From Candidatus Dormiibacterota bacterium (GTDB lineage: Bacteria; Chloroflexota; Dormibacteria; Aeolococcales; Aeolococcaceae): a stretch of 64,000 nucleotides of DNA. The position numbers and the translations under genes were made by a program. This document shows, piece by piece, positions 26,419 through 34,305 of the stretch (the first letter of the stretch is position 1; each line of letters begins with the position of its first letter). Below the pieces are notes generated by a model. It searched no databases, was not told the origin of the DNA, and saw only the letters and a program-made list of their open reading frames with translations. The stretch is taken from contig DAISRJ010000004.1 in the NCBI GenBank assembly GCA_036828955.1, positions 15,687 to 79,686 of the forward strand. Reading direction: 5' to 3'.

Positions 26419-27331
26419 TTGGCTGAGGCGCTGGCCCGGCGTCAGCCACAACGAGCCTCTCTCGCGGCACAGCCAGTTCGGCATCGGCGGGCCCGCCGAT
26501 CTCTTCGTGCGCCTGGACGACCTGGCGATGGTTGCCGAGCTTGTCGGGGAGTGCACGGAGAACGGCGTGGCACTGACCCTGTTGGGAGCGGGGAGCAACG
26601 CGCTCGTGCTGGACGGTGGCATCCGCGGCATGGCCCTGCGTGTGATGAGCCGCGAGGTCAGCGGCGGCGACAGTGAGGTCACGCTGGCAGCCGGGGCCAT
26701 GCTGCCCCGCGTGGCTCTCGACCTCGCCCGTCGCGGCCTCGGGGGCATGGAGTGGGGCATCGGCGTTCCCGGCAGCTGTGGCGCCTCGATCTGGGGGAAC
26801 GCCGGTGCATTCGGCGGCGAGGTCTCCACCAGCCTGGTCAGCTGCGAGGTCGCCGCTCCCGATGGCACGACCGCGTGGATCGACGCCGGCGACTGTGCCT
26901 TCGGCTACCGACATTCCCGCTTCAAGGACGACCTGCGCGGTCACGTCGTCCTGCGCGGGCGGTTCGCCGTGGTCGCGGACACCGAGGCGGCGGTGCGGCG
27001 CCGGACCGACTCCGTCCAGGCCGAGCGCAAGCGCACCCAGCCCTACGGCGTGCGCAGCCTGGGAAGCACCTTCAAGAATCCTCCCGGTGACTTCGCCGGT
27101 CGCCTCATCGAGGCAGCCGGGCTGGCCGGCCGAACCCATGGCGGCGCCCAGGTGTCCCCCAAGCACGCCAACTTCATCCTCAACATCGACCACGCCACCG
27201 CGGCGGACGTGCTGGCGCTCGTCGCCATCGCCCGCGACGAGGTCGCCTCCAGGTTCGGCGTGGTCCTCGAGCGTGAGATCGAGGTGCTCGGAGAGCCCGC
27301 CGCAGCCCCGGCGGGGGCGAGCGCATCGTGA
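26408..27331 (+). CDS. murB: UDP-N-acetylenolpyruvoylglucosamine reductase
   Basis: FGIGGPADLF, LGAGSNALV, PGSCGASIWGNAGAFG, GSTFKNP and HANFILN motifs. GTG 26408 lies inside ORF 26237..27331. Confidence 0.92.
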   Translation: MSTDWLRRWPGVSHNEPLSRHSQFGIGGPADLFVRLDDLAMVAELVGECTENGVALTLLGAGSNALVLDGGIRGMALRVMSREVSGGDSEVTLAAGAMLPRVALDLARRGLGGMEWGIGVPGSCGASIWGNAGAFGGEVSTSLVSCEVAAPDGTTAWIDAGDCAFGYRHSRFKDDLRGHVVLRGRFAVVADTEAAVRRRTDSVQAERKRTQPYGVRSLGSTFKNPPGDFAGRLIEAAGLAGRTHGGAQVSPKHANFILNIDHATAADVLALVAIARDEVASRFGVVLEREIEVLGEPAAAPAGASAS

Positions 27332-28512
27332 GCACGGTCGCCGCCATCTTCGGGAGCAGGTCGGTCGAACACGAGGTCTCGGTGATCACGGCCCACCAGG
27401 CGATGGCCGCGCTGTCACCGCGGCACCGGGCGGTGCCCGTGTACATCGCCAAGGACGGCCGCTGGTACACGGGCGACGCGCTCCTGCATCTCGACGGCTT
27501 TGCGGATGCGGACAGCCTTGTCGCCCGCTGCACGATGATCACCCCGGTGATCGACCCATCGCGGCCCGGGTTGGCACTGGCGCCCGCCGCGACGGCGCGG
27601 CGCGGCCTCTTCAACCGTGGGGTCGGTGAAGCCATCGACGTCGAGGTGGCCATGCCGCTCGTGCACGGCAGCTTCGGCGAGGACGGCAGCCTCCAGGGCC
27701 TGCTCGAGATGGCCGGGATCCCTTACACGGGCAGTGGCGTCGCAGCCTCGGCAGTGGCCATGGACAAATCGCTCGCCAAGACGTTGATCCGCGCCGCCGG
27801 TCTTCCCGTTCTCGACGACGTCGTCATCGAACGGGCGGCGTGGCGGAGGGATCCCGACCACGAGGTCGCGGCCGCCGAGGCGCTGGCACCGTACCCGCTC
27901 TTCGTGAAGCCGGCGGGGCTGGGGTCCAGCATCGGGGTGTCCCGCGCCGGCGACGCCGGGGTGCTGCGCGAGGCCGTCGAGGTGGCTCTCACCTACGACC
28001 ATCGCTGCCTCGTGGAGGCCGAGCAGGAGGGCATCGTCGAGATCAACTGTGCCGTCCTCGGCGACGGCGCCGACACGCGCGCCTCGCTGCTCGAACAGCC
28101 CACCAAGCGCGGCCTGCTCAGCTACGACGACAAGTACCGGGCCACAGGAGCCAAGGGTTCGTCGGCCGGCATGAAGGGCGCCCAGCGGATCATCCCGGCG
28201 CCATTGAGTGACGCCCTCGCTTCGCGCATCAGCGCCGCCGCCCTCGCCGCCTTCGCAGCGGTGGGTGCGTCAGGTGTCGCCAGGGTCGACTTCCTTGTCG
28301 ACGCCGCCGCCGAGCACTTCGTGGTCAACGAGCTCAACCCCATCCCCGGCTCGCTCTCCTTCTATCTGTTCGAGCCCGCGGGCGTGTCCTTCACGGCGCT
28401 GCTCGACGAGTTGATCGAGATCGCTCAGCGACGCCACGCGCAACGCGCCGCCAGCACCATGGTGTTCGACCGATGGATGCTCGGGGGCGGGGGCGCCAAG
28501 ACCTCCCGGTGA
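27328..28512 (+). CDS. ddl: D-alanine--D-alanine ligase (long DdlA-like form)
   Basis: FGSRSVEHEVS, HGSFGEDGSLQGLLE, DKSLAK, FVKPAGLGSSIGV and NELNPIPG. GTGA overlaps on both sides. Confidence 0.9.
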   Translation: MSTVAAIFGSRSVEHEVSVITAHQAMAALSPRHRAVPVYIAKDGRWYTGDALLHLDGFADADSLVARCTMITPVIDPSRPGLALAPAATARRGLFNRGVGEAIDVEVAMPLVHGSFGEDGSLQGLLEMAGIPYTGSGVAASAVAMDKSLAKTLIRAAGLPVLDDVVIERAAWRRDPDHEVAAAEALAPYPLFVKPAGLGSSIGVSRAGDAGVLREAVEVALTYDHRCLVEAEQEGIVEINCAVLGDGADTRASLLEQPTKRGLLSYDDKYRATGAKGSSAGMKGAQRIIPAPLSDALASRISAAALAAFAAVGASGVARVDFLVDAAAEHFVVNELNPIPGSLSFYLFEPAGVSFTALLDELIEIAQRRHAQRAASTMVFDRWMLGGGGAKTSR

Positions 28513-29279
28513 CCGCCGCAACTGCCGAGGATCCGGCCGCCGCCGTGCTGGACCAGGGAAGCGGGCCGGCGCTGCTGCTTCTCCACGGCTGGGGGGCGAG
28601 CAAGGAGCTGATGGCGCCGCTCGCCCAGCGCCTCCGCGGTTACCGCGTCGTCGCCCCCGACCTGCCCGGCTTCGGGGCCACGCCTCCGCCGCCGCAGGCC
28701 TGGGGGGTCGACGAGTACGCGACCTGGGTGATCGCCGTGCTCGACCGCCTCGGCATCGAGCGTGCCCACGTCATCGGGCACTCCAACGGGGGCCGGGTGG
28801 CCATCGCCATGGCCGCCTCACATCCCCACCGGGTGGCCCGCCTCGTCCTCACCGACAGCGCCGGCGTCCGGCCGCGCCACGGGCCAGCCCATCGCTGGCG
28901 GGTGGCAACCTTCAAGCTGATGCGCTGCGTCTCGCGTCAGCCGTGGGTCCCCCGGTGGTTGCGAGACCTCGCCCGGGGCCGTGCCGAACGCCGTGGCAGC
29001 GCCGACTACAGGGCCGCGTCGGGAACGGTTCGGACCAGCATGGTTCGCCTGGTCAATGCCGACCTGCGCCCCCAGCTGGCGCGGCTCACGGCTTCGACCC
29101 TGCTCATCTGGGGCGCGGACGACGAGGAGACGCCGCTCCGCGACGGCCGCGTCATGGAGCAGCTGATCCCCGACGCCGGCCTCGTTGTGTTCGAGGGCTG
29201 CGGCCATTTCGCGTACGCCCAGGAGCCCGACCGCTTCTGCCACATCGTCGACGTCTTCCTTCGCGGCGCGACATCGTGA
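28509..29279 (+). CDS. alpha/beta hydrolase embedded in the dcw operon
   Basis: LLLLHGWGAS, nucleophile elbow GHSNGG, GADDEE and GCGHFA give a complete Ser-Asp-His triad context. GTGA overlaps with ddl (28509-28512) and with the MurF-like gene (29276-29279). Confidence 0.8.
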   Translation: MTAATAEDPAAAVLDQGSGPALLLLHGWGASKELMAPLAQRLRGYRVVAPDLPGFGATPPPPQAWGVDEYATWVIAVLDRLGIERAHVIGHSNGGRVAIAMAASHPHRVARLVLTDSAGVRPRHGPAHRWRVATFKLMRCVSRQPWVPRWLRDLARGRAERRGSADYRAASGTVRTSMVRLVNADLRPQLARLTASTLLIWGADDEETPLRDGRVMEQLIPDAGLVVFEGCGHFAYAQEPDRFCHIVDVFLRGATS

Positions 29280-30928
29280 CGGCGGCGGCCCACGGTTTGC
29301 TGGTCACCACAGCCGCCGCGGCGTGGCTGGCACTGCTGTGCCGGGTCGGCCTGGTCGGCGCGCGCATGTACCAGATCGAGGAGTACGAGGCCGCGCGGCT
29401 GTTCGACTGGGCGGCGCAGCGCGCCTGGTTGCTGCATCGCTGCGTGCTGGTCGCGGCAGCCCCGGTCGCGGTCGTCGCCGTGGCGGCGCTGTCGGGGGTG
29501 GCCGCGGCCGTGCTGGACACACTGCTGGCCGCCGCCTGGCTGGGCGGGGTTGTCGGCGCCCATGTGGTCTGGCGCTGGCTGCCCCCCAAGAAGGAACTGG
29601 TGTACACCCCGCGGATTCTTCGAATGCTGGCCACCGCCGGGTTTCTCTCCGTGGCGCTCGCCGCGGGCGTGGCCCTGGCCTTCCTTCTCGGTCCTCTCTG
29701 GCTCGCCGGCGTCCTCGCTGTGACGGTCTCGTTGGGCCTCACCGCCATCGTCCCGGGCCTGCTGGCCGCCGCCAACACACTCAACGCGCCGCTGGAAACC
29801 GCGGTGCGACGTCGATTCCTGCGCAGCGCGCGGCGTCGCATGGAGCAGTTCGACCCTCTCGTCATCGCCGTGGCCGGCAGCTACGGGAAGACGTCGACCA
29901 AACACATCCTCGCTCACCTGCTCGAGCAGTACGGGCCGACCCTGGCAACACCCAAGAGCTTCAACACCCTTCTCGGGGTGAGCCGCACCATCAACGACGT
30001 GCTGGAGGCGCGCCACCGCACCTTCATCGTCGAGATGGACGCATACGGTCCCGGCGAGATTGCCGCCATCTGCGCACTGGTCCGCCCCCGCCACGCCCTG
30101 GTCACGTCGGTGGGGCCCCAGCATCTCGAGCGGTTCGGGACCATGGAGCGGATCAGTGCAGCGCTCGACGAGACCGTCGCCGCGCTCGGCGAGGGCGGCT
30201 TCACGGTGGTGTATGGCGGCGATGATGCGTCGGCGGCCCTCGCCGACAGGGCGCTCGCCGCCGGTCACGAGGTGATCCGCTATGGCATCGCGGGCAGCGC
30301 GCAACACCTCGACGTTGTTGCCGAGAATGTCCAGATCACGGGGAGCGGCTCACGCTTCACCTGGCAATGGCCCGGCAACGGCCTCAGCCACGACATCACG
30401 CTGCCGCTGCTCGGCCGTCACCAGGTGCTCAACGTCAGCGCGGCACTGGCGACGGTGCACCGTCTCGGTCTTCCCCTGCAGCCGGCACTGACCGCGCTGC
30501 CGTCGCTGCAGCCCGTCGACCATCGCCTCCAACCTGTCCCCACCGGCAACGCCATCATCGTCATCGACGACTCCTACAACGCCAACCCGGTCGGTGTCCA
30601 CAACGGCCTCGAGGTGCTCGCTCAGCTGGACGCGCGGGCTCGAATCCTGGTCACCCCCGGCCTGGTCGAGCTCGGCGCGGTCGAGGACGAGGAGAACCGC
30701 CGCTACGGCGAGCACGCCGCTCGAGTCTGCGACCACGTCATCGTCATGGACGCGCGCCCGGCCCGGGCCCTGCGCGACGGTCTGCGCGCCGGCGGCATGG
30801 CCGATGACCGCGTGCACGTGGTGCGCACGCTCGCCGAGGCGACGGCCGTGATCGGTCGCGTCGCCGTCGCCGGGGACGCCGTGCTGTTCGCCAACGACCT
30901 TCCCGACACGTATCTCGGGGCGGCCTGA
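29276..30928 (+). CDS. murF: MurF-family ligase (D-Ala-D-Ala-adding enzyme type) with hydrophobic N-terminal extension
   Basis: AVAGSYGKTST P-loop, LLGRHQVLN, DDSYNANP (the MurF-type signature) and TPGLVELG. The first ~195 aa are several hydrophobic stretches instead of the canonical soluble N-terminal domain. GTG 29276 lies in the frame of ORF 28943..30928. Confidence 0.75.
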   Translation: MTAAAHGLLVTTAAAAWLALLCRVGLVGARMYQIEEYEAARLFDWAAQRAWLLHRCVLVAAAPVAVVAVAALSGVAAAVLDTLLAAAWLGGVVGAHVVWRWLPPKKELVYTPRILRMLATAGFLSVALAAGVALAFLLGPLWLAGVLAVTVSLGLTAIVPGLLAAANTLNAPLETAVRRRFLRSARRRMEQFDPLVIAVAGSYGKTSTKHILAHLLEQYGPTLATPKSFNTLLGVSRTINDVLEARHRTFIVEMDAYGPGEIAAICALVRPRHALVTSVGPQHLERFGTMERISAALDETVAALGEGGFTVVYGGDDASAALADRALAAGHEVIRYGIAGSAQHLDVVAENVQITGSGSRFTWQWPGNGLSHDITLPLLGRHQVLNVSAALATVHRLGLPLQPALTALPSLQPVDHRLQPVPTGNAIIVIDDSYNANPVGVHNGLEVLAQLDARARILVTPGLVELGAVEDEENRRYGEHAARVCDHVIVMDARPARALRDGLRAGGMADDRVHVVRTLAEATAVIGRVAVAGDAVLFANDLPDTYLGAA

Positions 30929-31032
30929 CACCTCCCGAGAATTGCGCCCGGACGGCGTCGCAACGCGGCGATCGGTCCCATACTGTGGGGACCGGCGCCC
31001 TGGTGCGCGTCTCAGCTCACGTCCTTCTCTCC

Positions 31033-32154
31033 ATGCCCCAGAAACTCACCGAGCGCCCTTCTGCGTTTCCCGTGCTCGACGACGCCGGAGCGCGCCAGGC
31101 GCAGATCCGCGCCATCGCCGCCGGCCTCGTCGACGGCCCCCGCATGGGACGCCGCTTCCACCGCCCCGCCGGGGTCCCGCTGCAGCCCTCGGTGCGACGT
31201 CGTCGTCACGGCGAGGGACGCCGCCAGGTTGCTGTGGAGCGTCAGCGCGGCCCCCTCTTGCGCCGCCTCCTCGGTATCGGGCTGCTCGTCGCCCAGGTGG
31301 GCGCGCTGGCTGTCCTCCTCACCGCCCCCGCGTTCCGCGTCCACACGATCGACGTCAGCGGTGAACGCCTGCTCAGCCGCGACGCGGTGCTCGCCGCCGC
31401 CCGCGTGCCCACGTCGAGCCTCTTCACCGTCGATGCCGACGCCATCCGGGCGCGCATCGCCCAGCTCCCCTGGGTGCGCTCGGTGTCGGTGACCACCACG
31501 CTGCCGTCGACGATCCAGATCGCCGTCACGGAGTGGCAGCCCGACCTCGTCGTCCGCCATTCTTCGACGACCACCCTGGTCGCGGCCGACGGCGCGACGC
31601 TGCGGACGGACCACTCAACGACGGCGCCGCTCAACGGCGTGGGGGTTCTCCTCGACCAACGCACGGGCGCCCAGCAGCCCCTGATCGCGGGGGCGGCCGG
31701 GCTCCTGGCCAGCGCCGCGTCGCGCTGGACGACGGTCTTCGGCTGCAAGCTCGATGCCTTCGTGCTGAGCAGCAGCAACGTGCTCTCGGCATGGTGCAGC
31801 AGCGGCTGGCAGGCCGTCTTCGGGGCGCTCGACAGCAACGATGCGCTGGCGGCCATCCCCGGGCAGCTCGCCGCGCTTGCCGCGCTCACGGGCCGGGTCG
31901 ACCTCGCCCATCCCGCCTTCGGCTACGTCGACCTGGAGAACGCGTCGTCCCCGGCGATCGGCGGCCATCCCGGCGAGCCCACCTGGGTCGCCGCCGCCGT
32001 CGCGGGCGGCGCACTGTCCACCACGGCCCCCGTGTCCGGCGCCCCCGCATCAGCCTCGCCGCTCCCGTCGCCGGCCACGCCAGCGACCGCGCGGCCCACC
32101 CCCACCCCGTTCGTCTTCCAGCTGGTGCCATCGTCGCCGGCAGCCCAGCGCTGA
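31033..32154 (+). CDS. ftsQ: cell division protein FtsQ (POTRA domain)
   Basis: Cytoplasmic Arg-rich tail, one TM (LLGIGLLVAQVGALAVLL), then POTRA (FRVHTIDVSGERLLSRDAVLAAA...WVRSVSV). Followed by an Ala/Pro-rich C-terminal tail. Confidence 0.8.
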   Translation: MPQKLTERPSAFPVLDDAGARQAQIRAIAAGLVDGPRMGRRFHRPAGVPLQPSVRRRRHGEGRRQVAVERQRGPLLRRLLGIGLLVAQVGALAVLLTAPAFRVHTIDVSGERLLSRDAVLAAARVPTSSLFTVDADAIRARIAQLPWVRSVSVTTTLPSTIQIAVTEWQPDLVVRHSSTTTLVAADGATLRTDHSTTAPLNGVGVLLDQRTGAQQPLIAGAAGLLASAASRWTTVFGCKLDAFVLSSSNVLSAWCSSGWQAVFGALDSNDALAAIPGQLAALAALTGRVDLAHPAFGYVDLENASSPAIGGHPGEPTWVAAAVAGGALSTTAPVSGAPASASPLPSPATPATARPTPTPFVFQLVPSSPAAQR

Positions 32155-32191
32155 GCAGGAGCGGGCCGGCCGGGGCGGTTCGATCCCAGGG

Positions 32192-33079
32192 TCAGGCGGT
32201 TTCCCAGGGCCTGGCGATGCGCAGCGCTGTGAGGATGGCGCGTGTGGCGGGGGAGCGGTTGAGGGTGATGAAGTGGATGCCCGGCGCGCCCGCCCGGAGC
32301 AGCTCACTGCACTGCAGCGTCGCCCAGGCCACACCGAGCTGGATCACCGCAGCGGCATCGTCGGCGCGTGTCTCCAGGGCTGCGCGCAGTGCCTCGGGGA
32401 TCGACGCGCCGATCTTGGCGGTGAATCGGTAGACCTGGTCGACGTTGGTGATCGGCATGATCCCGGGCACGATGGGCACGCCGATGCCCGCCGCCCGGGC
32501 GCGGTCGACAAAGTTGAAGTAGCGGCTGTTGTCGAAGAACAGCTGGGTGATCAGGAAGCTGGCCCCGGCGTCGACCTTCTGGCGGGCGGCGCGGACGTCG
32601 TCCTCGAGACTGGCCGACTCGACGTGCTTCTCGGGAGAGCACGCGGCGCCGACGCAGACGTCGGCGTGGGTGCTGACCAGGCGCACCAGCTCACTGCCGT
32701 AGCTCAGCCCTCCCTCACAGGCGACGAACCTGCCCTCCCCGTTCGGCGGATCGCCGCGCAGGGCGAGCACGTTCTCGATGCCGACCTCCCGGTAGCGGCG
32801 GATCTCGGCGAGAAGGTCCTCGACCGTCGAGTCCCGGCAGGTGAGGTGCGCCATGGGCAGCAGCCCGGTTTCGAGGTTGATGCGCTCCACGAGGCGGACG
32901 GTGCGGTCGTCGCGCTGGCTGCCCCCGGCGCCGTGGGTCACCGACACGAACGCGGGCGCCAGGTCGCGCAGCGCCGCGATCGTGGCGAAAAGCCGCTCGG
33001 CGCCCTCATCGTCACGCGGGGGGAAGAACTCGAACGAGAAGAGCGGCTCGTCGTGTGCGAAGAGACTGTCGATGCGCAT
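32192..33079 (-). CDS. metF: methylenetetrahydrofolate reductase
   Basis: FSFEFFPPR, FVSVTHGAGGS, HLTC, ALRGDPP, ITQLFFD and GIMPI motifs. Confidence 0.92.
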   Translation of the reverse strand: MRIDSLFAHDEPLFSFEFFPPRDDEGAERLFATIAALRDLAPAFVSVTHGAGGSQRDDRTVRLVERINLETGLLPMAHLTCRDSTVEDLLAEIRRYREVGIENVLALRGDPPNGEGRFVACEGGLSYGSELVRLVSTHADVCVGAACSPEKHVESASLEDDVRAARQKVDAGASFLITQLFFDNSRYFNFVDRARAAGIGVPIVPGIMPITNVDQVYRFTAKIGASIPEALRAALETRADDAAAVIQLGVAWATLQCSELLRAGAPGIHFITLNRSPATRAILTALRIARPWETA

Positions 33080-33119
33080 GGCAGGTCATGGTGACCGACC
33101 TTCCCGGTTCTGCGCCACA

Positions 33120-34187
33120 GTGCTGCTACCGTTGGCTGCCGTGCTCGCAGTTCGCGCCGCCCGCTACGGTGGCGACGACCCGCTCTCCAACCTCGAGGTG
33201 ACCGAGGTCGACGACCCCGTTCCGGGGAGCGGCGAGGTGCTCATCGCCGTCGGGGCCGCGGCGCTCAACCACCACGACCTGTGGACGCTGCGTGGGATCA
33301 GCTCGCGTCCGCTCACAGCTCCCCAGGTCCTCGGCTGCGACGCGGCCGGCACCGTGCTCGCCTACGGCGACGGGGACCCGCCTGAGGGCTGCCCGCCGCC
33401 CGGTGCCGCCGTCGTGGTGCACAGCCTGATCACCTGCGGCCGCTGCGCGGCGTGCCGCTCCGGCGGCGAACTGAGCTGCCCACGCATGGCCATGCTCAGC
33501 GAGCCGCCCAACCCGGGCACGCTCGCCGAGCGCCTCGTCGTCCCGGTGGGCAACATCCTGCCTCTCCCGGACACCGTCGACGTGGTGACCGCCGCGTGCC
33601 TGCCGACGGCCTACCTCACCGCCTATCGGATGCTCTTCGTGAGGGCGGCTCTCCGCCCCGGGCAGCGCGTTCTCGTCCACGGCGCCACCGGTGGCGTGGC
33701 CAGCGCGGCCATCCTCATGGGGTCGGCGTGCGGGCTGAGCGTCTTCGCGACATCGCGTGACCCCGGCAAGCGGGACATCGCCATCGAGCTCGGCGCCGTG
33801 GCGGCCTTCCCCATCGAGCGAGGCGCCGTCAAAGAGGTGCTCGCCGCCAGCGACGGCGGCGTCGACGCGGTCCTCGACACGGTGGGCGAGGCCACCTGGG
33901 ACTTCTCGCTGCGCGTGGTCAGGCCGGGCGGCGTCGTGGTCGTGTCGGGGGCGACGAGCGGGCCCAACCCTCCTGCCCAGCTCAACCGCATCTTCTGGCG
34001 GCAGCTGACCATCGCGGGCAGCACCATGGGGGCGCGCTCCGACCTCTCGCGTGTCGTCGAGATGTGCGCCACGGGCCGGCTGCATCCTCTCGTCGACTCG
34101 GTGCGGCCGCTCGCGCAGGCGGCCGAGGCGTTCGCCGAGCTCGCCGCCGGCGAGCGCCGCGGAAAGCTGGTTCTGACCCCCGCCTGA
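33120..34187 (+). CDS. zinc-type alcohol dehydrogenase / quinone oxidoreductase (MDR superfamily)
   Basis: GEVLIAVGAAALNHHDLW, a Cys cluster CGRCAACRSG and a GATGGVAS Rossmann motif. The start is ambiguous: ATG 33072/33078 or GTG 33120/33141, all in frame. Confidence 0.75.
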   Translation: MLLPLAAVLAVRAARYGGDDPLSNLEVTEVDDPVPGSGEVLIAVGAAALNHHDLWTLRGISSRPLTAPQVLGCDAAGTVLAYGDGDPPEGCPPPGAAVVVHSLITCGRCAACRSGGELSCPRMAMLSEPPNPGTLAERLVVPVGNILPLPDTVDVVTAACLPTAYLTAYRMLFVRAALRPGQRVLVHGATGGVASAAILMGSACGLSVFATSRDPGKRDIAIELGAVAAFPIERGAVKEVLAASDGGVDAVLDTVGEATWDFSLRVVRPGGVVVVSGATSGPNPPAQLNRIFWRQLTIAGSTMGARSDLSRVVEMCATGRLHPLVDSVRPLAQAAEAFAELAAGERRGKLVLTPA

Positions 34188-34305
34188 GCGGGCGGTGACC
34201 ACCCTCTGTTAACCCGCGCTTACCACCGCCACCACCGCGGCGAGCCTAGCCTCAGGAGCTGTTGGCGGTGTCCGGCACCGCGTCGTCAGTCCAGGAGGGC
34301 AACCG

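Noticed and set aside
32166-32190. tRNA-like T-loop sequence ggttcgatccc
   Set aside because: The flanking bases do not form a T-stem or an acceptor stem, no cloverleaf can be drawn, and it lies in the 37-nt gap between ftsQ and metF.
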